Source: Moniliella sp. 'wahieum' | Lineage: Eukaryota | DNA length: 64,000 nt | Direction: 5' to 3' | Assembly (NCBI GenBank): GCA_003971905.1 | Contig: RSEE01000012.1 | Coordinates: 682,001-746,000 of the forward strand | In this document: positions 1 to 12,129 of the stretch, in pieces | Numbering within the stretch: the first letter of the stretch is position 1 | Layout of the letters: each line of letters starts with the position of its first letter | Notes under the pieces: generated by a model | Database searches by the model: none | Seen by the model: only the letters and a program-made list of their open reading frames with translations | What the model was told of the DNA's origin: nothing | Position numbers and translations under genes: made by a program

Positions 1-293
1 GCAACGCATCGCCTGCACCCATGCCTCCGTTGGCCACTCAGGACTTTTCCCTCTCCCCCTTGCCCAATCCGTGGAACTCATCGCCGTCGCCGTCTCCGTC
101 GCCCATTGGCCCGCATGGTATACCCCCGCGCTCGTTCTCGGGTGCGCCCGCAGCGGACCTTCGGGTGGTAGAGGAAGAGGAGCCGTCCAGCCCGGGGGCA
201 GGGCCGGTGGCCCCCCCTCCGCTCGCCCGCCCGACTGCTACCCGCTCTGCCCACGCCCGATACGATCTCGCGTGGCTCGGCTCGCTGCAGTGA
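1..293 (+). CDS. Probable 3' end of an upstream gene (Pro/Ser-rich, unknown function)
   Basis: Open frame near the window start ending ...ARYDLAWLGSLQ* at 293, followed by UTR-like sequence. No recognisable domain. Confidence 0.3.
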   Translation, partial: NASPAPMPPLATQDFSLSPLPNPWNSSPSPSPSPIGPHGIPPRSFSGAPAADLRVVEEEEPSSPGAGPVAPPPLARPTATRSAHARYDLAWLGSLQ

Positions 294-981
294 TTGGTAG
301 CTCGCCCATGTTGGTTGGTGTTGTGGTCTTTGCGTCGCCTCTTCCGATCCGTCAGGGAATGTGCGTATGGTGCGGCGCTGCCGTCCTGCCGCTTTGGTTA
401 TTAGGGGATCTCGGTCCTACTTCCCCCCCCCCCGCCCTTCCGCCGCAGAGACAATGTTGATATCTACCGCCCCCGCGTTTAGCCCCCCGCTGCCTGTATG
501 TTGATCCGCGCATATCCCCTGTCGCATGCATGTGTTGGAACGAGTCTGTTAGGTAGCCAGGCCTGCGCCGAGGGAAGGAAGAGGGCAGCCGGCGATGGTG
601 TTAAGCGGGTGCTAAGAGAGGCTATCATTCATTCCGAACCAGATTAAGCAGGGTGTTACATACTACGAGGCCTGTCGCATGGTGGCGCCACAACACGTTT
701 CCATTTCAAAATTGCACATGGCATCACTGGAGCAGAGGGATGCTAGGGTTGGCTTTGCTCTGCTTGCTCGGTGACGCGTGACGCGTGATTACTGATTAAT
801 GACCTTCTCGCTGGCACGGCTGGCGCGGTGGGACGGGATGGGGCCGGCAGGTTGCAGAAGCACTCGAGTACTCGAGCTCAAGCGGCAAGCACTCAGCGCC
901 TACCTAGGAAACGCCGGCGGTGCCTTGTTGTGCCACCATCTCCGCCCACCTGTCAGACCCTGGCCACCGCCTCCAGCGTCC

Positions 982-2229
982 ATGGCCCCTCTGCCGTTTC
1001 TCCAGCGCAGGCGCGCGCTACGGTCCAGAACCTGCTCAAGTCGTCCGACCGCGTAGCCTACCTGACCTCGCGTCTCCATCCCCCCGCCGTCCAGCCGCAT
1101 TACCAGGCGCTGCGCGCCTTTGACCTCGAACTCCTTTCTCTCCGCAACTTGCCCGACCCCGAGCTCAGCCTCAAGCACATGGCCCAATGGAAGGAAGTCG
1201 TGCACGATATCTTTGCGGCGTCCCGCGGCAGCACCTCTGCCCCCCCACCCCCGCTCACCCCATTGCCGTCGCCCTTGCTGCCACCGTCTTGGACCCCGCT
1301 GTCCGCTCCAATCGCGTGGGCGGACTGCAAGAGTCGCGCTTGCTCACCCTTATCGAAACACGCGAACGGCAGTTGGACCCTATGCCCCCCTCCACCATCG
1401 AGGAAGTGGAAGAGATGGGGATCAACTCGTACGGCCAATTGTACCGGCTCACCCTCGACGCGGCTGGCATCCGCTCCTACCCGGACCAACCAGATCAGGA
1501 GGGTCCGGTGGAACGGCTGGTGAGCCAGCTGGGCAAGGCCGTCGGTATCACCTACGCATTGGCGCACACTCCCCCCTCGGCAATCGGCATGCCGGTCACA
1601 CCGCATAAGATGACGGCCCTGCACCAACCTACTGAAGTTGGGCCGGGCGGGGTTATGCCTGCGCCGGACCGACGCGGTCTCCTCTGCGGGTGCTGTTGCC
1701 TCTTGACGTGGTAACGCGCGGCGGGGTTGAACCCGGACCAAGTGATGCTCTTCTTTAACCCTTCGGTCCAATCCACCCGGCTCACCACAACCCCCGCGCA
1801 ACGCAAGATTTTGCCATCGGTTCCATTCTCGAGGAGATTATCTATGCGCTGGTGTACCGCACCCAGTCTCAGCTGCGCGACGTGCGAGCGACATGGAAAG
1901 CGCTGAAACGGGGGGCAGCCATGCCTGGGTCCACGGTGCATGCGGGTGCTGCTTCGGTCGCAGGCCCCATGGCCGAGCAGGCCAAGGCTGCCCTTGCCCG
2001 CGACCAAGAGGAAGCGGAGCGGATCAAGCCGACGACATTGGCTCCCTCAGACCTCCAGGCCGTGCGCGGCCTCATGTCGGAGACTGCGTTTGTGGCCAAC
2101 TACCTGGTAGGAGTGCAAGAGCACAGTTACTTTAGTATGCGTGAGCCTGTGCTCGAGCAGTATCGCCACGGCAAAACGTTGGGCTTAAGGGGACGACTGA
2201 TGTGGATGGGATGGACAGGTCGGGTCTGA
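982..2229 (+). CDS. NDUFAF6: Squalene/phytoene-synthase-fold complex I assembly factor, NDUFAF6-like (frameshifted)
   Basis: Stitched frames give VQNLLKSSDRVAYLTSRLHP...YQALRAFDLEL...WKEVVHDIF, then RLLTLIETRERQL...TIEEVEEMGINSYGQLYRL...SQLGKAVGI and C-terminal LRGRLMWMGWTGRV*. This matches the NDUFAF6 family pattern. Start uncertain. Confidence 0.7.
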
Positions 2230-2787
2230 GAGCAACAGCAAGAAACTGATCATCAGGGAGCTTCGAGGCGCTATGCCGTGCTAAGATCCCCCTTGGCCAA
2301 TCGCCAATCACATTGATATACCAAACGGGCACAAGAGCCGCATGTAGTCCGTCCAGGAGGGGGAAGGGGCGGGGGTAGGAAAACAGCGCAGGGTCGAGTA
2401 ACGATCCAGGTGGTTCGACAAGCTAAGGGAGGACAGACGTCGTCCTATAGCCGGTGCCCCTGTTCGCTTCGCTTGGGGTACAGTGAGCGAAGCCAGGTTG
2501 GCCCTGCCTCCTGCCGCCTGGCCTAGGACTGGCCCTGGGTGAGGCAGACAAAGCATGGTTTTGCATCGCATAGTGGACCAAGAGAGGCGATGGTGCGCTT
2601 CAAATACGAACAAAATCACGCGTGGGTTGGGCTCCCAGTCGAAACAGCAACACTCGTACTGCCTGGGGGTGCCGACCAGAACCAGAATAAAAGGCACAGG
2701 CACAGACGCGGAAGCGGAATGTGGTTCTGCGACTATCCAGCACATGTGGGACAGCCCCTCCTCACCACGCCCAGGCCTCCCACCGCC

Positions 2788-4437
2788 ATGCCGCCTCGTC
2801 GGACACGCGCCGTCCGCGCAGCCCAGGCATCCCACCCGGCCACGCCCGCTCACAACCGCATCCGCACGCCCGTCAAGCCCACGTCCAAGCCCACGCCCAG
2901 CCTCACCCATCCCCTGTCCGATGCTGACGAGCTGCCGGCCGCCGAGCAGGGCGTGTCGAGTGCCGACGCCTACTTTGCTGCCCAGTCGGGTGCCGTGGCC
3001 AAGGGATCGGGCGCGGTATTGAGCTCCCTCCTTCCGCCCCTGCGAGCCGACGCGCTCCAACAGCTCTTCCCCCCCCTCCCCCCCGGCCAAGTGGACGCAT
3101 CGGCCCATTGCCTTCGCCACGCGCTGGAGCGAGCAGACCATCTCAAGCGCGGCAGGACGCATCCAGCACATTCGCCCCAGCTCGGAAATCAATCAAATCC
3201 CAGGCAAACCAGGACCGACAAACCAGACGGGACGAAGACGAGCAGTGGCCCATCGCTGGCTCCACGCAACCGGGGGGATCTTTGTCGGCGCCGCTCTTGT
3301 CGGAGCTCGCTATCCTTGCCGCCCAGACCCAATACCAGAGCTGGGACCGTCTGCTCTCCCTTGGCCACTGCCTTCTTCTCCATGGGCCCGGGGACGCGGA
3401 AGCGGTGCTGGCCGACTATGTTCGGGCCAAGCCCCCGCGGTCGCTCGGTGCAGCCGTCTTGTTCCGGCCTACACTCCTGGCACTACCTCTGCCCTGCTCC
3501 GGTCCCTACTCGATCAATTGGAACAGGTCGTGGCTCAATCGGCGCCAGACACCGATCCGCCCGACCTACCGACCGGGCCCGAGTGGGGTGGGGCGAGCGC
3601 GCTCGTGCGCGCACGCAGGCTTGCGTATGCCTACCGGTTCCCTGTCGACCAAGCAGACCGGCCGCCTGTGTACCTCGCCATCTCCCAGCTGGACAGCAAG
3701 CTCTTCCGCACCCCGGCTGCGCTTGCCGTTCTTGAGATGCTGGCCGCCGCTCCTTCGATCTTTGTGATTGCATCGGCCTCGCACGTCAATGCGCCACTTC
3801 TCTTCCCGCCTGCTGGCCCCCAGCTACCTGGGGCGTACCCAGCCGGGCCAAGTGGTACCTTGTCTGTGCCCCCGGTCCCGGTCCCGGCCCGATCCCTTGG
3901 GGGTACGTTTCGCTCGCCACCTTTGTGCCACCCTTGAATGCTGCGTTGTATGCAGCCGCGGCCCACGCGGTGGGGCACTCAAGTTGCCTGCCCCGCTCTC
4001 TCTTAAGGGCGTCTCGAGCTCCGCGTCCCTCTCCACCGGTCTTGTTGCCGGTGGGAACGAGGCGGAGCTGCCGACGATCAGCTTGGCTCGAACGGAGCGC
4101 ATCTTGGCCGCGCTGCCGGAACGAGCGATCAAGTTGTTTGGATTGATTGGCGCTCTGCAAGTCTCGGCTGCACGTACGGCAGTCACAGCGGACGCGCTGG
4201 CCGAGCCCGCCGACCGACACTTGGTGCGCGCCGGTTCCCCGCGTACTCGACGCGGCCAAAGCCGAGTTTGTCGCGCGTGACTTGGCTGGCTTAAAGGCCA
4301 TGTTGCCCGAGTTTACGTCGCATGGCTTGATCCATTCATTGCCCCGCTCCGCGGAGCGGGAAGAAGAAGGATTGTGGATCGCTCTCAAGCCACAGGACCT
4401 GCTGGCCTACCTCACGGCCCGGGTGGAAACCCAGTGA
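2788..4437 (+). CDS. ORC2: Origin recognition complex subunit 2 (frameshifted)
   Basis: SADAYF; QYQSWDRLLSLGHCLLLHGPG (cf. W..EL..GFNLLLYG.G); LAAAPSIFVIASASHVNAPLLF (cf. LIASxDHxNAPLLW); C-terminal FVARDLAGLKAMLPEFTSHGLI winged-helix motif. Confidence 0.8.
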
Positions 4438-5048
4438 CGAGCAACGGTCCAACGGTCCCCGGTCCACGGTCCCGTTTCTCGAGCGTGCGATGTGATGCTA
4501 TTCCTGCGCCGCGCGTGGGTTTCGTCGTAAGGCATTCGAGTAGAGGCAGAGGCAATTGGGCAGGGGGCTCACCGCTGCCCGAGAACGAGAACGACGGAAA
4601 CGGGACAGACACCCTTTGTCCACTCCGAAGACACTCGGCCTGTTGTGTATCGTTCGACGGGCGGCATGTCGCCTAGGTACACCTCGTCCTCCGCTTACGG
4701 CACCGCGTCCGTGCTCGAGCACCAGCCGGGATCCTCGATCTCGATCTTGGCTGGTATCCCAGTGGTCTTCCCGCTTCAGCAGGCAGAGGGGATCCAGATG
4801 TCTGGGGGTGAACCAGGGGAGAGACAACTTGCTGGGTCGAAGGGACGAGACGCGAGACCTGAGCATGCTATTATTATACCTGCTGACACACAACACCCAC
4901 ACTCCCTTGCCCCTCAATCTCCCTCACAGCTTGTAGTTTCTTGGCCTGTGCCGTCTGCTAGTACTATAGACATCATCCCTCCTTCTCGCTCGCTCCCTTC
5001 CATCGGTCGGTCGGCCGGGTTTGCATGAGCAAGTTCAGTACATGCAGT

Positions 5049-5683
5049 TCATGGAGACAACGCAATACAGCAGATGGAAATCCCAAAAACAAAAAGCAAA
5101 GCAAACGACAGACAGAACCATGGAAAGAAAGTAAACATGCCGCCGGGGACATGCCATGCGAACTCAAGAGGCGCACCCCTTGAAGCTTGAAGCGAGATTT
5201 GCCATTGCCACCGTACGCAACCAGGCGCCTGTTGGGGCAAGTGCAAACTAAAAAGAAAGAAAGAACTGAAAGGCGTTGGGGCAGTCCGTCCACGCACTCC
5301 GAAGGCACCCTATCAACGCCAGACAGCCCAAAAAACCAACGATGGACGAAAACACAACAAACAAAGTGAATCCGCCCTGACCCAGAGCGGTGAGGGGTTC
5401 ATCAGTGCTCCATCGGCTCGAGCGCATAGACAACCGCTGCTTGTTGGCTCCCGAGTGGAGCGGGAGGGGGCAGCCCATCCGACGCAACAGGGGCGCGATG
5501 GGAGAAAGAGCCTTGGTTGGTAGTACGGTCAGGAGGCGAGGTGCGGTCGGGGGTAAAGGAGTGCGACGGAGGAGACGGGTAGAGCGACGGACCACCGTAC
5601 CCGGTAGCGGTCCCGATTGGGTGGGGTGAACTGGCTGGGTCGACAGGGGGATTGGAGGGTTCGGGCGTAGGCAGCTGGTTCAT
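5049..5683 (-). CDS. Hypothetical small membrane protein (Pro-rich N-terminus, about 2 TM segments)
   Basis: ATG at 5683, Pro-rich ORF, frameshift into hydrophobic GGFTLFVVFSSIVGFLGCLALIGCL, probable GTGCGT intron, then hydrophobic MFTFFPWFCLSFALLFVFGISICCIAL. 3' end uncertain. Confidence 0.35.
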
Positions 5684-6078
5684 TGCGGGGTCGTGGCAAG
5701 CAGGCCAGAGGAAGGAGGATCGGGGTGTGGGGCGTCGGCGGCAGGAGAAGGGAAGTGGGCCAGAGTGGGATGCCCGGCTGGGTCGAGAGGGTAAGAGGAA
5801 GGCGCGGGCGGGTTGCGCGCCGGAGGCAGAGCAAGGGGGAGACTACTGGCTTGCGCTTGTTGGTGGGTCTCGATAGACGCGAGAAGGGCGGAGCTTGGCC
5901 GTGCTCGACTCCGTGCATCGCCGTGATGGAAGGGGGCAGTGGGCAGTGAGAGGGGCGGAACCGGGGGGCAGATGGTTCGAGGGCGCCATGGGATAGGCGG
6001 GGGTGGAGCAGCGCGCCCGCCGAGTGAGGCGTGTCGGTCGCATGCTGCGAAAAATGCCCCCCGGAGCCGAAGGGGCGG

Positions 6079-9000
6079 TTAAAGGGGCTGTGGAAAACAA
6101 GCAATCCGAGCCCAGGACTGTGGGATGGATGAAGAGGCGCCGTGGAACTGACCGAACCCTCGCCTTGGTTCAGATGGGGCGCCAGGCCGGGTGCGCCGTG
6201 CTGCTCGACTTCCCGCTGGGGTGGGAGGCGAGTGGGCGTATGGACTTGTGTGTTGTGGTTGGCTGGGGTTGTGGCTCGCACTAGGCGGGAGAGAAGGTGG
6301 GAGCGGCATGTGGGGAGTGCTAGCAAAGCCCTGTCCAGCCGATCCGTTTCGGTTGTGCTGGGGCGTGACCTCCTCGCCCATGACCACATCCCAGTCGGAA
6401 TTGGGCGCATACCCTGCCAAGCCAGGCTCGGACCCAACACCGCTTGGTGTCGAGTACGCAGCGAGGGTTTGCTGCCCTCCTGCAGCGTGAGCCGCCAACA
6501 CGGCAGGCGCAATCGGAGGCAGCGTCGGCTCGGGCTCCTCAATCTGAACGTGCACCGTCGTGTGGACTTGGTTAAGCAACCCGCCAAACAGATAAAAGCC
6601 CACCACCTTGATCGTGTTGGCCACCTCCGCCGACGGTGGCGTGCCGATCAGCACGGGCGAATCCATGTTTCCGCACAACTGCAGCCAGGAAGGAAGCGTG
6701 GGCATCACATATACCGCCCGAATGTCGCGCGACGGTATCTGTGGGTCCCACACATGCAGCGGCCACGCCCACTCGACCCCGACCGTTGCACGAGCCGGGG
6801 CGGCAGCAATACGGCGGCGAAACGAGCGAAAATCCCAGACTCCTTCAGCCGAGGTGTTCTGGGAAGCCGCAACTTCTTCGGCTTACGTCGTCGACGCGCA
6901 TCCAACCGCCAAATGTTGTTGCCGCGAGACTTTGCTTTGCGTCCGTCCTCATTAAAGCGGGCGATCCACCGATGGTGCCACAAGTACTGCTTGACCTTGT
7001 GTACCGACGGCATTTCCAATCCTGCCTCGCTTGATTCGGCATCAGCAAAGGCAGACTGCAATGCCGCTTGAAATCCCTCTTGAAACGCTTGGATCCGAAA
7101 CTGGAACGGTCGCCAGACTCCGATTTGATCCATGCGCGCCATACGCTTGGGGCTAATAATTGGTGAATTGGGTCGCCGTTGGGAGCAACCATCTCCACTG
7201 ATCGAGGGAATAACGAGTCAGCGAAACCCATTTACCCTCAAGAAAATCAAGGGGACACAACACGTACAATCAGAGCATAAGCGTTGCAAGAAGCGCCAAA
7301 GGACCGAATCAAGACGATTCAAAAGCACTGGATTGATGGTGGTCCGGTACTCGAGTTCCGTATCACTCCCAACGGCCCGACCACCCGTAACCACACCCTT
7401 GGCTACAATGGAAGGAAGTTGAGCAATAGCTTGTTCGTATTGCTCTTGCTCGGATCCATCAACCGATGCCATACCAACTGGAGGTTGAACAAGATGAGCA
7501 AGGATGTTGAGAGCGGGACAAAAGCGGGAGCAGGCTGCGTCGGTTGGGTCGGGATGGGATCAGTCAAATCAGGGTTGGGGGCATCCATCAAACTGAGTTT
7601 GGGCGTCCGGGCGCTAGTGGCGGGTTGGGGTATTGAAGGGGCGAGGGAGAGCTGATTCGTATCGGTAATAAATGACGGAGTCGACGAGCCCGAAGGGGCG
7701 CGGGAGTGCAGATTGGATACTGAGGCAGACAGGCTCCTGTGGTGACCAAGAGGAAGACCAGGAAGCGAATTGGAAAGCAAAAGCGACGTCTCCGAGTCTC
7801 CCGGCCCGCCTCCCAGCAGCGATTCGTCCAAGTCCGAATCGGAGTCAATTTCTTCCGCCTCCTCCCAGGCACAAATAGAGTCGGCCGTATCGCAAACAGA
7901 AGGCAGGGACGAGCCTGCTGCTGTCAGCTGACGGCGAGAGGACGCCTGGAATGGACTCTGCAATGCCGCGTTAGGTGGCCACGAGCTAGGAGCCGTGTCG
8001 GGTAACGAGGATAGAGGGGTCAGTCATCATGCCTGGCGCCAAAGAGATGGCCGACTCCCCTGTGTGTCCATTCCCGCTCTCTCCAGACTCGGAGGCACGG
8101 TGGATGAGAGTAGTGGGAGTCATGAACTCGGCCATTTGGGCCAACGAAAGTGAATGCGATCTCATGGTGGATGCCCCCGACGAACTCTGGGTCAACGGTC
8201 GAGTAGAGAGATGCGAGAAAGGGGCCGTCTGGATAGAGTGAGAGAAGTTGGCAGCCGGGGCAGGAGAAGGCGCATATAGGTTAACCAAATTCGGCTGCTC
8301 GCACATGGCTGATCCTACGGTGGAAACCGGTACAGCAGCGTGTGGGGTAGAAGACGGTTTAGAACCCTCAGGCACAGGCGGGTCGGGAAACAGGCCATGG
8401 CCGGGGGAAAAAGCAGGCGGGGTTGGTTGGGGTGGATCCATCGATAAGGAAGAACGATGACGCTTGGGTGCAGGAGGCGTCGAGAGGACGAGGTCTTGCG
8501 CCACAGCTGGTGTTGACTCGTGCATTACTTGCTGCGAAGACGCCATCCGCTGATGAGAAGAACGTGGTTGAAGTTGCTGGGTACTAGGCTTCTGTTCCGA
8601 GGTGAGCAGTGCACTTGCGCCGCAGCAGCACGATCTTCCTTTAAGGGTTGCCCTGAATAATCCACCATAATCTCTTGGGCTCGGTGGATGAATTGGCTCA
8701 GGTCGATAAGAGAGTGAGAAACTTGCTCGGCATTGTTCTTGGCCAGGCTTTGGCGTGTGGTCATGGCCGACATTGCCAGGCTGTCCAGGAGGGACGACAG
8801 ACGGAGTTGAGCGTCCTCTGGAAGGGCGCAGGTCCGTTGGCGCGGGGGCTCAGCTGAGCCGAGCGGGGCGGGTGGGGGAGAGACGGCTGCAAAGAGGGGT
8901 GCAGCTCCGTCGCAAGGGTCGAAGGTGGCGAGCGGAGGGGCGTACCGAGCGTCGACACTTGGAAAGACTGGCTTGATGCAGGCAAGGGAGAGGAGGGAGT

Positions 9001-9657
9001 AGCACTGCTTGGGTGAGTGGTGTTTTGGTCGGAAGGGAGAGTGGTACAGGGAAAGGCAGTGGCATATGGGAGAGGAACAGCGGGGAGGGATGCCTGGGCC
9101 TGAGGTGGGGGGGGGTGGGGCAGCGGTACTAGTGGCCGCAAGGGCGGAAGCGTAGCCATAGTCCAGATCCATGGCATGCTGCAGGGTACCCGGTAGGGAC
9201 CCTCTCTCACTGGTTGGGCTGATTGCAGAGGGGCTGATGGACCCGGGCTCGGGCTCGGCAGGCGGGAAGATGGGGTGGAAAGAAGGGAGGGACGGATCGG
9301 CCTGGGCATTGCCGGCTGCATGGGCGAAGACTGGGGTAGGAGAAGAGGATGTGGAGAGACGGGCGAGGGGCCAGGCAGGGTGGAGGCATAGAAAGCGGTC
9401 TGTTGGCGCCGCTGGTCCTGCTGCAGGTCGACGGTCGGACGGCGGCTGAGTTGGCGGCGACGGCGCTTGTCATTGAGGGAGTGGCTGCGATGGGGGCCGG
9501 CGCGGGAGGGGCTGGATGGCGGCTTCTCGCTGGTCGGCGTGGGCGGCGTTGGCGACGGAGCCGCATAGACGGCCAGCGCAGAAGTAGGGAGGGTGGTGGA
9601 AGACAGCGGCTCGGCTGAGGACGGCGCGGCGGCGCCGAGGGGGGGATGCATGGCCAT
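6079..9657 (-). CDS. Large conserved fungal hypothetical protein: Ser/Pro-rich N-terminus plus conserved basic C-terminal domain; multi-exon
   Basis: Chain of minus-strand ORFs (9657-8761, 9172-8525, 8546-7986, 7963-7403, 7472-7218, 7142-6705, 6753-6079) with short introns near 8550-8614 and 7215-7268. Globular block LNRLDSVLWRFLQRLCSD...MARMDQ..WRPFQFRIQAF...KQYLWHHRWIARFNEDGRKAKSRGNNIW...WDPQ...LPSWL that I recall from unannotated basidiomycete proteins. Confidence 0.6.
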
Positions 9658-10789
9658 CAGTCCGGGGTTCTTTGGACAGTGGCGGGGATGGGGATAAGGA
9701 TGGGGATAGGGGGCGAGGGAAAGAAGGAGGGGGATGGGCGAAGAGAGGGTGTGGGCGAGGCGACGGAAGCGACGATGGTTGGGACGGTACGCGGCCTGGG
9801 GCGGGGCGAGACGGAGGCGATGACGGACAGCGTCTGTGGGCTGGAACGCACAGATGGGAGGGGCAAGGCGATCTGCGATCTACGCGATGCGAGAGGCGAG
9901 GGACAGGGTGGACAGGGCCTGGCAGGGCCCAATAGCATCCGTACTGAGACATTCAATTGAATCCCCCAGGCGTGGTGCAATCTACTGCGCCTTCCCTGCG
10001 CAACCAGCCTAGCGCGTCGGCAACAGCTTGCCCAAGGGTGTCCACGCAGTACGCAGCATCCAGCACTGTCTCTGTGGTCTGCTCAGCGCTCCGGCTCCGG
10101 GCTCAGCACCTGGCCAGCACTCGCTAGCACTATCGCCTACCATAGCACGGCCAGCCCAGACACCCAGTGTCCAAGACGATCCGGACGGATGTATTGATTG
10201 ACTGGTACAGAGCGCTGCTTGCTAAAAGCTGAGTTAGTTACTAGTTACTACTTTACCGAGATACATGGTTCTGGTACTAGCCAGGTGTAGTGCTAGTGAT
10301 CGTGATCCATGATCGATGATGCAGATGCCTGACAGCACTGAACGTACTGCACTGATCGACTGAGTTCTGAGTTCCGAGACCCTGACAGTGCCTGATGCAC
10401 TGCGTACTGAGTATATACTGGGGTACTGAGGAACTCTGCTACAGACAGTACTCAGTACAAGGCTTGATCTGAGTCCTGCGTACCCGCATGCTCCGCCCGA
10501 GTGCGCCCGAGTGCCTGGAGGGCGTGCCTCGCTTGCATGCCGATCGCACAGCACAAGCGCGCACTGCTCCCGTACGCACTGCTGTCGCACCCTCGCCTGA
10601 GACATACCCCAGCGGCCAAACACGCAACCCGCATGTGCAACACTGCATCATGCATCATGCATCCTGCGCTGGGCAAGTGTGTAGAATGCATGATCAAACC
10701 ATCACATCCCCATCACACTGCCCGCCTGGCGCAGCAGGATGCAATGGGCAAACCCAGGGCCTCTACTAGCTCTACTATAAGCGCATCCT

Positions 10790-11766
10790 CTACTGAGCGG
10801 CTGAGCCCGTCAGCTGATAAGATCACAACGGGTCTCGTCATATGCTAGCAAAGTCGACAGGAGCTGCTCCAGAAGCTGGACGCTGCCGATGGTCGCCATG
10901 TGGTTGAGCACAGCAACCCGCTGAGCCACAACTGGCTCTCCGCCATTCCGTCCGTCCCGTACCTCAAGCTCTCCGACCAGCAGGTCCAGGTCGGTCTCCA
11001 GCTCCGCACGCTGTGCCGCACCACGCGCAGCATGTGCAAGTGCGGGGTCATGTCCTCGCTGGAGCACATCATGTCTTGCACCCGCTCCCAGGCCAAGTTT
11101 GGTGCGTTGCATGACGCAGTGCGGGAGCCCATTCTCCAGCTCCTACGCTCCATCCCCGACACCCATGTCCGCAACGAACCTATGGTGGAGGACGAGGATG
11201 GGAGAAGACAGAGGACGCAGCGCACCGACTATACCGCGTAATGGGGCCCGGAGCACTCGGAGGATCAGGAATGGAGGTAGACCACACGCTGCGCGACACG
11301 GGATCACTGGCGCGCAGAGCGCGTTCCGGAGGGTGGTGCATGAGAGCACCGCAACCCCCTTGGAACGCCGGGAGAAGGAGCTGCTTCGGATGCTTGAACA
11401 AGCAGAATGCGACAAGAACGCCAAGTACCAGGGACGCACTCAAGAGCCTTTTTCCCCCTGGTTTTGACGACGCGAGGGTACTACGGCACCAAGACGGCAG
11501 GCAAGGTGTTCGCGCATTGGAAGGAGTTGGCTACTAAGTCTCAGTGGAAATGGTTCCTCGCTCGGATGTCAACCACGTTCCTCCTGTCCACACGCGCTTC
11601 CTAGGGTACGGGACCGGATGGTGTGAGCCGGAGGGTCCGGATATCCTGGCGATCCCCCTGGTCCCTTGACCCTGGTGGCGCCCCCAAGTAACCCCCGCAA
11701 GATGAACGGTTAGGTTTAGACGTAGCGTTCCCCTTGTCCCAGCCTTAAGCTCTGTCAATGAAATGG
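10790..11766 (+). mobile_element. 5'-truncated CRE-clade (Cnl1-like) non-LTR retrotransposon fragment: Zn-knuckle, restriction-like endonuclease and 3' end
   Basis: WLSAIP..PYLKLSDQQVQVGLQLR; CKCG...EHIMSC (CCHC); LHDAV (RHD-like); NEP; RTD...EVD; DKNAKY; PF.P...TTRG. Contains stops and frameshifts. Homologous to 39525-40011. Confidence 0.8.
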
Positions 11767-12129
11767 ACGTGTGCTAGCACGTGACACTGCGGGTGAGATC
11801 GAGAAGAAACGTGGGTGGGTGTGAAATGCGAAACCTGGTCACTAGTCACTCTCGCCACTGGCGCTACAGTTCATCGCATACGCATCGCGTGCAAAAGAAA
11901 CCACAGCCAGCAAGGCCACAATCGACATAATCATGAAGAAGTAAGCGTAACGCGTAACTTATCCTCACTCAGTCGAAGTACTGACCGGACACTGGCGACT
12001 GCAGTGTCGCAGTCGGAACTAAAGTGACGGGGAGACCAGAAAAACGAGACTATTAATTATTTGCCTTTTTTTTTCTAGGTTGCCCATGCAGTAACCGTTC
12101 CCCCTGTTCTCTCCTACCCCTGTTCTCTC

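Noticed and set aside
743..750. Telomere-like CTAGGGTT words (also near 13759)
   Set aside because: Single isolated copies, not arrays, and not at CRE junctions.
6142..7071. Long plus-strand ORFs opposite real genes (also 19279-20187, 22476-23393, 59853-60671)
   Set aside because: Antisense shadows of GC-rich coding sequence.
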